In this document: piece after piece, positions 18,730 to 28,779 of the stretch
Layout of the letters: each line of letters opens with the position of its first letter
Position numbering within the stretch: the stretch's first letter is position 1
From: a virus
DNA: 64,000 nucleotides
IMG/VR virus record: IMGVR_UViG_3300022188_000229
Span: 1 to 64,000 of that record
Reading direction: 5' to 3' (one strand)
Notes under the pieces: model-generated
Database searches by the model: none
Told to the model about the DNA's origin: nothing
The model's input: the letters and a program-made list of their open reading frames with translations, nothing else
Program-made: the position numbers and the translations under genes

Positions 18730-19485
18730 ATGAAAACAATAACATTTCCGGTCGGCTATAGACCACAGTATTTAGAACAGTTTTTAACCTGCTTAGAGAA
18801 ACAGAATTTGGAGGGGTACACTATATTTTGTAGTGCTGAGGATTCTCCAGAATGTATCCAAATACTACAGAATTCTAAATTAGCTTTGAATATTTTATAT
18901 AAGAAGAATTCAAGTGGGAAACGAAATCATTCGGGAGCAAAAGATAATATGTTTAACGTGCTCAATGCCGCCTTTGAAGCAGGGTCTACCTTTAATCTAC
19001 ATTTGGAAGATGATTTTTTATTAGCCCCCGATGCAGTAGATTTAGCTAATTGGTATTATACTAATTTTAAAGATAAACCCATTACATATATGTCATATGG
19101 TATGTTCGGATTTAATCCTAGAGGCCTCGACCCCTCTGCTTTAGAAGAAGTACCTTTTTTTGAAGGGCTTGGTTGGTGTACATTTAAAGAGGGCTGGGAG
19201 ACATGCTATAAGCAAGCATGGTACGATATTAAACTAGCTAAAAAATATTTTGGTTCAAGCCACGGTTGGGATTGGTCAGTGCAGGCTTTCTTTAAAGAGT
19301 ATGGGTATAAAGCACTTCGTCCTCTTATTAATAGAACCCAACATAACGGACGTATGGGGGGAACTTGTTGTACGGTACGCCATCATGATAAACATTATGT
19401 ACCATTAAAATGGAACACAACCGAGCGCATATTAGAATTTAATTTAATAGGCACTTCTAAAGAAACAGCAGAGTGGATAAAATGA
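18730..19485 (+). CDS. glycosyltransferase, GT-A fold (GT2/GT13-like)
   Basis: 'YRPQYL', 'HLEDD', 'GLGW', 'GWDW', 'RTQHNG'. Confidence 0.7.
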   Translation: MKTITFPVGYRPQYLEQFLTCLEKQNLEGYTIFCSAEDSPECIQILQNSKLALNILYKKNSSGKRNHSGAKDNMFNVLNAAFEAGSTFNLHLEDDFLLAPDAVDLANWYYTNFKDKPITYMSYGMFGFNPRGLDPSALEEVPFFEGLGWCTFKEGWETCYKQAWYDIKLAKKYFGSSHGWDWSVQAFFKEYGYKALRPLINRTQHNGRMGGTCCTVRHHDKHYVPLKWNTTERILEFNLIGTSKETAEWIK

Positions 19486-20549
19486 AAATACTTACTATAA
19501 TTGGTACTAGGCCTGAGCTGATAAGATTGAGTGTACTAATTAAAAAACTAGATAAATTAGTGGATCATGTGTTTGTATATACTAATCAGAATTATGACTA
19601 TTCTTTAAGTGGCAAATTTTTTAAAGAGCTGAAGATTAGAAAGCCAGATTATTATTTTAGTAATGAAGGTAATTCTATTGGTAATTTTTTATCAAACGCT
19701 ATTCTTCAATTTGAAGAGGTTCTTCTTAAAGAAAAACCAGATAAATTACTAGTGTTGGGTGATACTAATTCAGGTTTGCTGGCTATAATAGCAGAAAAAT
19801 ATAATATTCCTGTATATCATATGGAAGCAGGTAATAGATGCTATGATAATAGGCTACCAGAAGAAATGAATAGGCGTATTATAGATCATGTGTCTGCGTA
19901 TAATTTACCTTATACGGAGGGTAGTAAACAGAATTTATTGACCGAGGGGTTTCATAAGAACTACGTTTTTAAAACAGGCAATCCTATATATGAAGTTCTG
20001 TTGTATTACACTAAGGAGATAAATGATAGTAAAATTTTACAGAAACTATCTCTGAAAACTGAGGACTTTGTTCTAGTAACCACACATAGAACAGAGAATG
20101 TAGACGACCCTACCTCTTTACTAGGTATAATTAATGCCTTGAATGAAATTTCAAAACAATATAAGGTTATAATTTCTTTACACCCAAGGACAAAAGATAA
20201 ATTAAATAAGTTTGGGATATCTGTGGCTGATAATATTACTATGTTAGCGCCACTTGGATTTTTTGACTTTGTAAAATTAGAACAATCAGCAAAACTAGTT
20301 ATCAGTGACTCTGGGACTTGCCAAGAAGAGTGTTGTATTTATAATGTACCCTCTATAACAATAAGAGAAAGTACCGAAAGACAAGAAACCATAGAGTGTG
20401 GATCAAACGTGCTATCAGGAACAAATACTGAGCAAATTGTACGTATATTTAATACACTGTTAAACAGACCGTATGAATGGGCACCACCAAAGGACTACAT
20501 GAAGAAGAATGTATCTGATACAGTTGTAAATATATTGTTAGGAAAATAA
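19482..20549 (+). CDS. UDP-N-acetylhexosamine 2-epimerase (non-hydrolysing; WecB/FnlC-WbjD type)
   Basis: 'GTRPELIRLS', 'LGDTNS', 'HMEAGNRCYD..LPEE.NR..IDH', 'SDSGTCQEE'. Confidence 0.92.
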   Translation: MKILTIIGTRPELIRLSVLIKKLDKLVDHVFVYTNQNYDYSLSGKFFKELKIRKPDYYFSNEGNSIGNFLSNAILQFEEVLLKEKPDKLLVLGDTNSGLLAIIAEKYNIPVYHMEAGNRCYDNRLPEEMNRRIIDHVSAYNLPYTEGSKQNLLTEGFHKNYVFKTGNPIYEVLLYYTKEINDSKILQKLSLKTEDFVLVTTHRTENVDDPTSLLGIINALNEISKQYKVIISLHPRTKDKLNKFGISVADNITMLAPLGFFDFVKLEQSAKLVISDSGTCQEECCIYNVPSITIRESTERQETIECGSNVLSGTNTEQIVRIFNTLLNRPYEWAPPKDYMKKNVSDTVVNILLGK

Positions 20550-20570
20550 AATACAGATGGGAGATTTAAT

Positions 20571-21140
20571 ATGATACTTGAGGATATGGATTTCACAGAT
20601 TTTTTTAAACACATTTCAGAGATTTTTTCAGGGTATTTCTCAAATAAAGAGACCGACATGCTGATGGGATTTGTTGATGTGTTATCTGACGCAAATTTTC
20701 GTTGTTACAAAGCTAATATGATTGTGATTAAGTCTAGAAAAGCACACGAGGATAATTATAAACTAGTTTCAGATATGGAGTGGGTAGCTAGAAGTGTAGG
20801 GGAGTATAGAGTTTCTTCTAAAGCTAGAATTAACTTGTATATCTCTAAAATAAGAGCTCAAAGCATAAGAACTAACTCAGCTACTTGGGTAAGTGATGAT
20901 GTAGTTTATAGTATAGGTGAGATGATGGATAGGTTATCAATAGAGACTATTAAAAGGGAAGACTTCTTTAAGAATAATAGACCAGACCACATGAGACGAG
21001 CCTCTCAGGACATTAGTGATAGGGTAGAGAAGTATTTAAGGGTTAAGCTAAAAGAGATAGATAGGAAAGGTTTCTACGAGTGTATACACGAGCAGAGAAC
21101 TTATGATCTTGAAGGTATAGTGCAAGAATTGGCGATATAA
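20571..21140 (+). CDS. hypothetical protein (DUF4254-like)
   Basis: 'SIGEMMDRLSI..IK' motif; within the sugar locus. Confidence 0.45.
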   Translation: MILEDMDFTDFFKHISEIFSGYFSNKETDMLMGFVDVLSDANFRCYKANMIVIKSRKAHEDNYKLVSDMEWVARSVGEYRVSSKARINLYISKIRAQSIRTNSATWVSDDVVYSIGEMMDRLSIETIKREDFFKNNRPDHMRRASQDISDRVEKYLRVKLKEIDRKGFYECIHEQRTYDLEGIVQELAI

Positions 21141-21974
21141 ATGGATCTTATACCTAAAATATTACATACTTATTGGGACGGTAGCAACATGTCTCAGTTA
21201 CAAATGTTCACAGTGACTACGTTTCATAGACAAAACCCTGATTGGGAAATAAATGTGTATACAGCTAAACAAGATTATACAGGCAGAGCTCAGTATATAC
21301 CTGACTACAAAGGACAGAACTATTTTGATCTAGTAAAACAACTTGCTTATGTAAATATAGTTACAGTGGACTTAGATGACTATGGTATATTGCATAATCT
21401 ACATGGTATACTACGATCAGACATATTTAGGTACCATGTACTCTATAATATTGGCGGGGTTTGGTCTGATTTTGATGTAATATGGCTCAAACCAATGGAA
21501 CATTTTAATAACATTAAATATCATGGAGAAGCATCTATCAAAGAAGCTAACGCTATAGTTTCTTTTATGAAGGGTACTTACGGTGGCCATAGTATTGGTA
21601 TTATGATACACGCTAAACATGATCCATACGTTTTATCTTTGATTGAAGCCACTAAAAAAATTAAGCCTCCATATACACATGAAGTATTCGGTGGCGACAT
21701 GATTAACAAATACTACCCTACGTTAACTTCTTTATCTAACTACGGTAATGTTATTGGAGCGAGATTTGAAACTTATTATCCCTACAACATACACCCACCA
21801 AATGTTACCATACAAAAATTATATTCCGGTGTAGATTTAAATTGTATAAATAATAATGTTATGTGCGTGCATTGGTATAATGGACGTAAAGAGAGTAAGC
21901 ACTATGTTAATAATAATGGTTTTGAAAGAAATTGTAGTATGACTACAATATTAAAAAACGAGGGGTGTATATAA
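21141..21974 (+). CDS. glycosyltransferase, GT32/DXD sugar-binding type
   Basis: 'IPKILHTYW', 'SDIFRYHVLYNIGGVWSDFD', 'HWYNG'. Confidence 0.88.
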   Translation: MDLIPKILHTYWDGSNMSQLQMFTVTTFHRQNPDWEINVYTAKQDYTGRAQYIPDYKGQNYFDLVKQLAYVNIVTVDLDDYGILHNLHGILRSDIFRYHVLYNIGGVWSDFDVIWLKPMEHFNNIKYHGEASIKEANAIVSFMKGTYGGHSIGIMIHAKHDPYVLSLIEATKKIKPPYTHEVFGGDMINKYYPTLTSLSNYGNVIGARFETYYPYNIHPPNVTIQKLYSGVDLNCINNNVMCVHWYNGRKESKHYVNNNGFERNCSMTTILKNEGCI

Positions 21975-22739
21975 ATGAAAGTTTCTATTATAATACCATC
22001 ATATAAGAGGTGCCATCTACTTAAATGGGGACTATGGTCCTTGGCTAGGCAAAAATTTCCTTTTGAATTTGAAACAATACTTTTAAATGATGGGCTTTTA
22101 GATAATACTGAAAGTCTTGGGGAACAAAATAAAGAAAGACTTAATTTAAAGTATGTTTTTACTGGCCAAAGAAATATAAATGGGGCTTCTTTGTGGAGAG
22201 TGCCTGGGTTTGCATTAAATATCGGGGCAAAGCAAAGTACCGGTGATATTATTGTGTTTTGTTGTGCTGAGATGTTTCATTTAAATAATACTATAGAATT
22301 ACTTACTTCTATATACAGTTCTTCAGGAAATGAAAAAATATTAGCAATGCCTAAAGCTAAGGATGATAGTGGGGAGTTTCTGAAACATGTTGAAGCCACA
22401 GGCGGAGCAACAAGTATTGAAGTGTATAATAAACAGCCCTCACTTATTAACGTGAGATTTCCCTTCTTTTTAGCCATGATGAAGCAAGAATTTATGGCCA
22501 TAGGAGGTTATGATGAGGATTTTACTGGGACAGACTACGATGATGAGGATTTAGTAATGAGACTGTTGGATAATGGGTGCTCTCATGTTGAAACTAATGC
22601 GTTGGCTATACATTTATGGCACCCACGTCTAGCTATGACACGTGAAAGAATACCTAGGTTCAATCATAATAAAAAATTATTTGAACAACGTCGTGGTATT
22701 ATAACTAGAAATGAAGGAAGGGAGTGGGGAGTGCTTTAA
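21975..22739 (+). CDS. glycosyltransferase GT2 with GT7-like C-terminus
   Basis: 'VSIIIPSY', 'NDG', 'IGGYDEDF.G...DDEDL..RL', 'HLWH'. Confidence 0.88.
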   Translation: MKVSIIIPSYKRCHLLKWGLWSLARQKFPFEFETILLNDGLLDNTESLGEQNKERLNLKYVFTGQRNINGASLWRVPGFALNIGAKQSTGDIIVFCCAEMFHLNNTIELLTSIYSSSGNEKILAMPKAKDDSGEFLKHVEATGGATSIEVYNKQPSLINVRFPFFLAMMKQEFMAIGGYDEDFTGTDYDDEDLVMRLLDNGCSHVETNALAIHLWHPRLAMTRERIPRFNHNKKLFEQRRGIITRNEGREWGVL

Positions 22740-23578
22740 TGGTAAAAGATATATATTTTTATTGGGGAAATAGTACTATGTCATATATGCGTTATATGAC
22801 GCTACATTCTTTTAAAACACATAACCCAGACTGGACTATATATTTGATTAAGAATAGCCAAGAAACTAATAGAGATTTAACTGAGACTGTAGAGAAACAA
22901 GATAAAACTGAATACACTGGTAAAGATTATTCATATTTAATAGATGATTTGAACATAAATATTGTGGAATTCGGAAATGATTTTATAGATTTGGATGATG
23001 CTGTTGTAGCGTCTATGTCAGATGTACACATTAAAGATATTCTGAATTGGAAATTATTAGCAGAACAAGGCGGCATAGTTGCTGATATGGATATACTATT
23101 TACTACCCCAATAGGTGATTCTATACAAGACTCTGTTGAATTAGGACTAATTTGTTTTGATAACAATCCTCAGAAAGATTATATTCCAGTGAGTTTTATG
23201 TACAGCTCAGGAAAGAATGAGTTTTTTAAAAAGACCTATGAGAATGCTCTTAGAAACTATAATCCTAGTATCTACGAGAGTTGTGGTACTATGTGTATAG
23301 AAGAGAATAATTTAAATGAGATTAAAGGTAACTATCTTAATATGGGTATCCAAGAACTAGCTGATGGGGTAGTATTTCCATTTATAGCTGTACCTTGGAT
23401 GAAAGGAATAAATATGTTGTACGATACTGATTGTACTAGTTTGATGGATTCTAATTCTGTAGGAATACATTGGTATGGCGGAGCGCCACAGTCACAAAAA
23501 TATAATAATATAATAAACGATAAAACAGTACATGAAATTAATAATACAATCTCTGTGAATATAAGGAAAATAATTTAA
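22739..23578 (+). CDS. glycosyltransferase, GT32-like (paralog of 21141-21974)
   Basis: 'YFYWG', 'HNPDW', 'GGIVADMD', 'HWYGG'. Confidence 0.8.
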   Translation: MVKDIYFYWGNSTMSYMRYMTLHSFKTHNPDWTIYLIKNSQETNRDLTETVEKQDKTEYTGKDYSYLIDDLNINIVEFGNDFIDLDDAVVASMSDVHIKDILNWKLLAEQGGIVADMDILFTTPIGDSIQDSVELGLICFDNNPQKDYIPVSFMYSSGKNEFFKKTYENALRNYNPSIYESCGTMCIEENNLNEIKGNYLNMGIQELADGVVFPFIAVPWMKGINMLYDTDCTSLMDSNSVGIHWYGGAPQSQKYNNIINDKTVHEINNTISVNIRKII

Positions 23579-24208
23579 ATGGGTTCTAAAAACAAGGAAA
23601 ATTTTATATATCATTATAACTTAGAAGTAAGTAATAATAGGCCTCCATGTGGTCCAGGGAGTGAACATAGTTTTATTGAAAGAAGTGGAACAGTAACTTT
23701 TTTGAATACTGTAATTAAGAAGTATAATATTAAATCTATAAATGATTGTCCAAGTGGATTACTCAGTAATTGGATGCATCTTGTAGATTTTAAAGATGTT
23801 GATTATGTAGGATATGATATAAATCCTCTGGCTGTTGAGAGAAATAAGAAGGAATTTCCTGCAATTTCATTTTTTGAATTTGATCTAGTAAATGAAATAT
23901 TACCGACTGCAGATTTAATTATTTGTAGAGATTGTTTTTTTCATCTTTCTAATAATTTTGTATCAAAAGGGCTAGAAAATTTTAGAAAAAGTGGAACCAA
24001 ATATTTATTATCTACATCACATTATTGGTTGGGTAAAAATAATGAATTAACTAAAAAAGAATTAGATATAGAAGCAGGTTATAGACATCTAAATTTAGAA
24101 ATCGCGCCGTATAATATGGGATCTCCATTGGAGATACATATTGAAGGTGGTTGGACCCCTTTAGACGCTGGAAATAATAGACAATTATCTTTGTGGAAAT
24201 TAAATTAA
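23579..24208 (+). CDS. class I SAM-dependent methyltransferase
   Basis: 'GPGS', 'INDCPSG', 'YVGYDI', 'ADLIICRDCFFHL'. Confidence 0.8.
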   Translation: MGSKNKENFIYHYNLEVSNNRPPCGPGSEHSFIERSGTVTFLNTVIKKYNIKSINDCPSGLLSNWMHLVDFKDVDYVGYDINPLAVERNKKEFPAISFFEFDLVNEILPTADLIICRDCFFHLSNNFVSKGLENFRKSGTKYLLSTSHYWLGKNNELTKKELDIEAGYRHLNLEIAPYNMGSPLEIHIEGGWTPLDAGNNRQLSLWKLN

Positions 24209-24223
24209 AAAAGGAGAAAGAAA

Positions 24224-24868
24224 ATGAATGATGTTACTAATGTATTTATTAGCGGCTTTCCTAGAGCAGGAACAACTATGTTGTGTTTAATGATGAATTA
24301 TTTTGAGGATTGCGAAGTACATTCTGATGGAGAAAGGCACCCTGGAGATTTTTCTTTATTAAAAACTAATAAGAAATATTTGGTTATAAAACAACCTTTT
24401 GGGGTTAAAGATTTTACACCTTTATATACCTATGAAAGTTTAGAGTCAGATTATAATTGTAAAATAATTTCATTAGTCAGAGACCCAAGAGATGTAGGAA
24501 CATCTATACATGCAGCAGATCCAAGTAGATATTGGGTAACAAGTGGCATGATAATTAGGAATTGTGAAGAATATCTAAATAATATAGATAATCCAAATGT
24601 TCTTTTTGTCAGATATGAAGATTTAGTTAATGATACTTCAATAGAATTAGATAGAATAGCTACTTTTTTAGGGACTACTTATAGTAGTAACTTTGAAAAT
24701 TTTTATACACTGTCTAACGCTAGTTTATTGAAGAATAATTCGTTAGGAAAACCACGACAAATAAATAATAAGAGTGTAGGTGAATGGAGAAAAGAGAAAC
24801 ATTCTAAAAGAGTTAAAGAATTAATGACTCCAAAACTACAAGAATATATAACTAAATTAGGTTATTAA
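24224..24868 (+). CDS. PAPS-dependent sulfotransferase
   Basis: 5'-PSB loop 'GFPRAGTT', 3'-PB 'VRDPRD', 'VRYEDLV', 'VGEW'. Confidence 0.88.
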   Translation: MNDVTNVFISGFPRAGTTMLCLMMNYFEDCEVHSDGERHPGDFSLLKTNKKYLVIKQPFGVKDFTPLYTYESLESDYNCKIISLVRDPRDVGTSIHAADPSRYWVTSGMIIRNCEEYLNNIDNPNVLFVRYEDLVNDTSIELDRIATFLGTTYSSNFENFYTLSNASLLKNNSLGKPRQINNKSVGEWRKEKHSKRVKELMTPKLQEYITKLGY

Positions 24869-24882
24869 AGGAGATATACAGA

Positions 24883-25497
24883 ATGACAATGAGCCCAGAT
24901 TTTACTAACTATTATGATATTATTTTTGATTATGTTACAGAAGGCCCAGTATTAATTTACGGTGTACATAAAAATGTAGCAGAAAATCAAATGCCAGAAA
25001 AATACCAAGGAGTAACTGATTTTTCAGATTGGTTTAAAAAAAGAAATATAGATGCTTATACTTTAGATTTGTTTGACAAAGAAGCTAGTTATAATTTTGA
25101 TCTCAATGATCCAGTACCTGTGGGACAACTTAAGAGGTATAATGCTGTTATAGATATAGGTACAATAGAGCATATATTTGATGTGAAACAAGTACTACAT
25201 AATAGTTTTGGTATGGTGAAAGAGAATGGTTATTACATACTACAGACTACTGCTAATGGATTATACGAACATGGATTTTATGCTTTTGGTCCTGAACTAA
25301 TTCAATCAACTCTACGTAGTAATGGTTTTGATGTATTGTATTTTAAAACCAGTAATCTCACAGGAGTAGAGACTAATTTTTCAGATGTTTTTGCTCCAAT
25401 GCAGCCAAGTATGGTTATGTGGGTTGTAGCTAAAAGAGTTAAAGTATTGGAAAAGTTTGTAAATCCACAACAAGATCAGTGGAAAAATTTATATTAA
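24883..25497 (+). CDS. methyltransferase-like protein
   Basis: 'FDLNDP', 'DIGTIEHIFD', 'HGFY'. Confidence 0.7.
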   Translation: MTMSPDFTNYYDIIFDYVTEGPVLIYGVHKNVAENQMPEKYQGVTDFSDWFKKRNIDAYTLDLFDKEASYNFDLNDPVPVGQLKRYNAVIDIGTIEHIFDVKQVLHNSFGMVKENGYYILQTTANGLYEHGFYAFGPELIQSTLRSNGFDVLYFKTSNLTGVETNFSDVFAPMQPSMVMWVVAKRVKVLEKFVNPQQDQWKNLY

Positions 25498-25512
25498 AAG
25501 GAGAATTATCTA

Positions 25513-26268
25513 ATGGAAAGAGTATCAATATTTAATTGTGTATCATCAGCATATGAAATGTTAAAATTTTCATCTGATGCTATAATACAAAATGCAGGTT
25601 ACGACAACTATGATTACATAGTAGTAACATGGGGGCCAACACCAGAAGTATCTGAATATTTAGATGAGTTAAAAAAGAAACATGATTTTGTTCATATTAT
25701 CGATTATAAAACTAATAAAGATGTGCCATATGTACCAAATTTAAGAGGCATGATGAATACTGGTTTTGATTATGGATTTGAATTGAATGACTACTGCGGA
25801 CTAACTAATACTGATCAGTACTTTGGAAAAGATTGGTTATTAAATTTAGTTAAATACGCTAATCCCACTGATATAGTTAACGCAACTTCCATTTGTCCAG
25901 TAGATTGGCCAAGTCACATTAATATTAATCTAGGAATTCCTGAGTATGGTAAATTTAATTTAGAAAAATTTAATCAATTATATGACGAATTATATGAAGA
26001 TAAAATTCAAACTGAAGAAGAACGAGGTGGCAGAAGAGCTACTAATACTATGCCCTATCTAATTCCAAAAAAATTCTGGGAAGAAGCAGGTCCTTGGGAA
26101 TTAAGGGTAAGTCCTGGAGATAGCCCGGATGTAAAATTTTTTCAAAGATGTAAAAAAGCAGGAGCACATTTTACTATGAGTCGTTCTTCAATAGTGTATC
26201 ATCATGAAGCAGTAGAAAGACGTAGTGGTCAAAGACCAGATGATGCAAAAGATATGAGTGAAGAATGA
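25513..26268 (+). CDS. glycosyltransferase, GT-A/GT2-like
   Basis: 'TNTDQYF', 'DVKFF', 'VYHH'. Confidence 0.7.
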   Translation: MERVSIFNCVSSAYEMLKFSSDAIIQNAGYDNYDYIVVTWGPTPEVSEYLDELKKKHDFVHIIDYKTNKDVPYVPNLRGMMNTGFDYGFELNDYCGLTNTDQYFGKDWLLNLVKYANPTDIVNATSICPVDWPSHININLGIPEYGKFNLEKFNQLYDELYEDKIQTEEERGGRRATNTMPYLIPKKFWEEAGPWELRVSPGDSPDVKFFQRCKKAGAHFTMSRSSIVYHHEAVERRSGQRPDDAKDMSEE

Positions 26269-26963
26269 TAAGTAATAGTATCAAATTTAGTGATGTCATT
26301 AAAAAATTAGCAGTAAAAGATTATTTATCAGACATGAGTTGCAGAGAAGTAGGTAGAAAATATAAAGCCCATCATAGAACTATTGGACGATGGGTATTAA
26401 AAGCTGGATATAAATTAAGAACTAGAAAAGAGACAGAAATTTTATCTGGCAGAAAGATGAAAGGTATTAGAAGAAGTCCTGGTAGTGAATTTAAGAAAGG
26501 AGACCCTCCTTGGAATAAAGATACAAAAGGGATAATGAAACCTAACAAAACTTCTTTTAAGAAAGGAGTACATTATTCAATAACTACAGAATTTAAAAAG
26601 GGAATGCCTACATGGAATAAGAATATCCCATGTTCTGAAGATACTAAAAAGAAAATAAGTGAAGCTTTAAAAGGTAAATTGTTAGGTAGTAAAAATCCAA
26701 ATTGGCTAGGTGGGCCGAAAGATTATGGAAAAGAATTTAATTTTGTTTTAAAAGAAATAATAAGAAGTAGAGATAACTATAAATGTAGGGTATGTGAAAA
26801 GACTCAAAAAGAAAATAAAAGAAGACTCAGTTGTCATCACATAGATTATAACAAGAAAAATTGTAAAGAAAATAATTTAATTAGTTTATGTGACTCATGC
26901 CATATGACAACTAATTTTAATCGAGAATACTGGGAAAAGTATTTAAAGGAGATATTATGTTAA
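26265..26963 (+). CDS. HNH homing endonuclease with HTH and NUMOD3-like repeats
   Basis: Repeated 'FKKG..PWNK', 'SEDTKKKISEA', 'RDNYKCRVC...HHIDYNK.N...NLISLCDSCH'. Confidence 0.88.
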   Translation: MISNSIKFSDVIKKLAVKDYLSDMSCREVGRKYKAHHRTIGRWVLKAGYKLRTRKETEILSGRKMKGIRRSPGSEFKKGDPPWNKDTKGIMKPNKTSFKKGVHYSITTEFKKGMPTWNKNIPCSEDTKKKISEALKGKLLGSKNPNWLGGPKDYGKEFNFVLKEIIRSRDNYKCRVCEKTQKENKRRLSCHHIDYNKKNCKENNLISLCDSCHMTTNFNREYWEKYLKEILC

Positions 26964-27964
26964 AGAATTCAATATTTACTGGGGAAGTGGTCCTTTTGAC
27001 AGGGGGTACCGGATCATGGGCTCATGAACTAACAAAACAACTACTTGACAAAGATCCAAAGATGATTATATTAATATCTAGAGGTGAATTGGCTCAAGTT
27101 ATGACAGCTAGAAAATTTAACAATGACCCAAGACTTAAGTTTATAATTTGTGATGTAAGAGATACTGCTGCAGTAGATAGAGTACTTAGTACAGGGGTGG
27201 ATTATGTATTTCATATGGCAGCATTAAAGCATGTACCTGTATGTGAGGACCAACCACAAGAAGCTATTAAAACCAACATAGATGGTACAATGAATATTAT
27301 TAACTCTGCTATTAGACATAAGGTGAAGAAAGTTATTGATGTGTCAACAGATAAAGCAGTTTCACCTACTAATTTATATGGTTTTACAAAAGCAGTAGGG
27401 GAAAAGTTAATAATTCAAGCCAATACTTTGTCAGATGACACTGAGTTTGTTTGTATTAGGGGTGGTAATGTTCTTGGTTCTAATGGTAGTGTAGTACCTT
27501 TATTTATAGATCAGATAAAAGAGTTTAATAAAATAACAGTTACTGATGAATCAATGACTAGATTTTTTCTTACACTGCCAGAAGCTATAACTTTATTGTT
27601 TCAGGCTACAGAATATAGTACAGGCGGAGAAACATTCGTTATGAATATGCCAGCCTTCTATATAGGGGATTTAGCTAAGGTAATGATTAGACACTATGGG
27701 GATGAAAACACTTCAATAGATGTAATAGGTTTGAGACCAGGAGAAAAAGTCCATGAAGAGTTAATTTCTGAACATGAATCTCATAGGTCGCACATCTTTA
27801 ATGAGGACTACTATGTGATATTACCTGAAATTGCTATGGGAAAAGACTATGCTGATTTAAAAGCCATGGATAAAGTAAAGTTTGATAGTTTTTCTTCATC
27901 TGACAATGTGAAAGGACAAAGGTATTTAACAGATTTGCTTAATAATGGGGGCTTTTTAATATGA
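26957..27964 (+). CDS. UDP-GlcNAc 4,6-dehydratase/epimerase (FnlA/CapE/PseB family)
   Basis: 'TGGTGS', 'AALKHVP.CE', 'STDKA..P.N.YG.TK', 'GNVLGSNGSVVP', 'MTRF', 'RPGEK.HE'. Confidence 0.92.
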   Translation: MLKNSIFTGEVVLLTGGTGSWAHELTKQLLDKDPKMIILISRGELAQVMTARKFNNDPRLKFIICDVRDTAAVDRVLSTGVDYVFHMAALKHVPVCEDQPQEAIKTNIDGTMNIINSAIRHKVKKVIDVSTDKAVSPTNLYGFTKAVGEKLIIQANTLSDDTEFVCIRGGNVLGSNGSVVPLFIDQIKEFNKITVTDESMTRFFLTLPEAITLLFQATEYSTGGETFVMNMPAFYIGDLAKVMIRHYGDENTSIDVIGLRPGEKVHEELISEHESHRSHIFNEDYYVILPEIAMGKDYADLKAMDKVKFDSFSSSDNVKGQRYLTDLLNNGGFLI

Positions 27965-28779
27965 GAATTTTTGTTTTTGGAAGAAATGGTATGTTAGGTA
28001 ACTACGTATACTCTTATTTTAAATTGAACACATCATACGATGTTATAGGTATTACTCGAAAGGATATCGACCTGTCCCGTGTATCTAACTTTAAGTTACT
28101 AGAAGGTCAGTTTAGTCCTGAAGATGTGATTATAAATTGTGTTGGGGTTATAAAGCAACGGAATAACGCAGAAGATATGGAGTTTATTGTAGTAAACTCA
28201 GTTCTTCCACATTATTTAAACAACGTTTGTAAAAATATTAGAGCTAAGTTTATTAATATTTCAACAGACTGTGTGTTTACAGGGGCAGATGGAGGTTACG
28301 ACGAGGAATCTGCTCACGATGCGTCAGATATATATGGAAGAACCAAGTCTTTGGGTGAGCCTGTGGATGCTACTACTATTCGAACATCAATAATAGGGGA
28401 AGAGCTAAGCAATTTTTGTTCCTTGATCGAATGGGTTAAAAGTAATAAAGATAAAAATGTGTTAGGATATACTAATCATTTCTGGAATGGAATAACCTGT
28501 CTTCAGTTTGCAAAGATATGTGAATACATGATAGATAATTCTTTTTATTGGGAAGGCGTCAGACATATTAATTCTCCTAGTGTTGTTTCAAAATGTGATT
28601 TGGTTAAATTAATATCTGACACTTATGACTTGAACATTGAGGTTACCCCTCATACTGCACAGACATACTGTGATAGGTCGTTGTCGTCCATTAAAGAGAA
28701 ATTTCCAATAGATATTCCAGAGTTAGTTGTTCAAATCGAGGAGCAGAAAAAGTTTTATGGGAGACACTATGGACTTTAG
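27961..28779 (+). CDS. RmlD-like NDP-4-keto-6-deoxysugar reductase
   Basis: 'GRNGMLG', 'STDCVF.G..G.Y.E', 'YGRTKSLGE', 'RTSIIG'. Confidence 0.9.
   Translation: MRIFVFGRNGMLGNYVYSYFKLNTSYDVIGITRKDIDLSRVSNFKLLEGQFSPEDVIINCVGVIKQRNNAEDMEFIVVNSVLPHYLNNVCKNIRAKFINISTDCVFTGADGGYDEESAHDASDIYGRTKSLGEPVDATTIRTSIIGEELSNFCSLIEWVKSNKDKNVLGYTNHFWNGITCLQFAKICEYMIDNSFYWEGVRHINSPSVVSKCDLVKLISDTYDLNIEVTPHTAQTYCDRSLSSIKEKFPIDIPELVVQIEEQKKFYGRHYGL

Noticed and set aside
26265-26963. Group I intron around the HNH gene
   Set aside because: The flanking genes are complete and overlap the HNH ORF ends, leaving no room for intron core structure.
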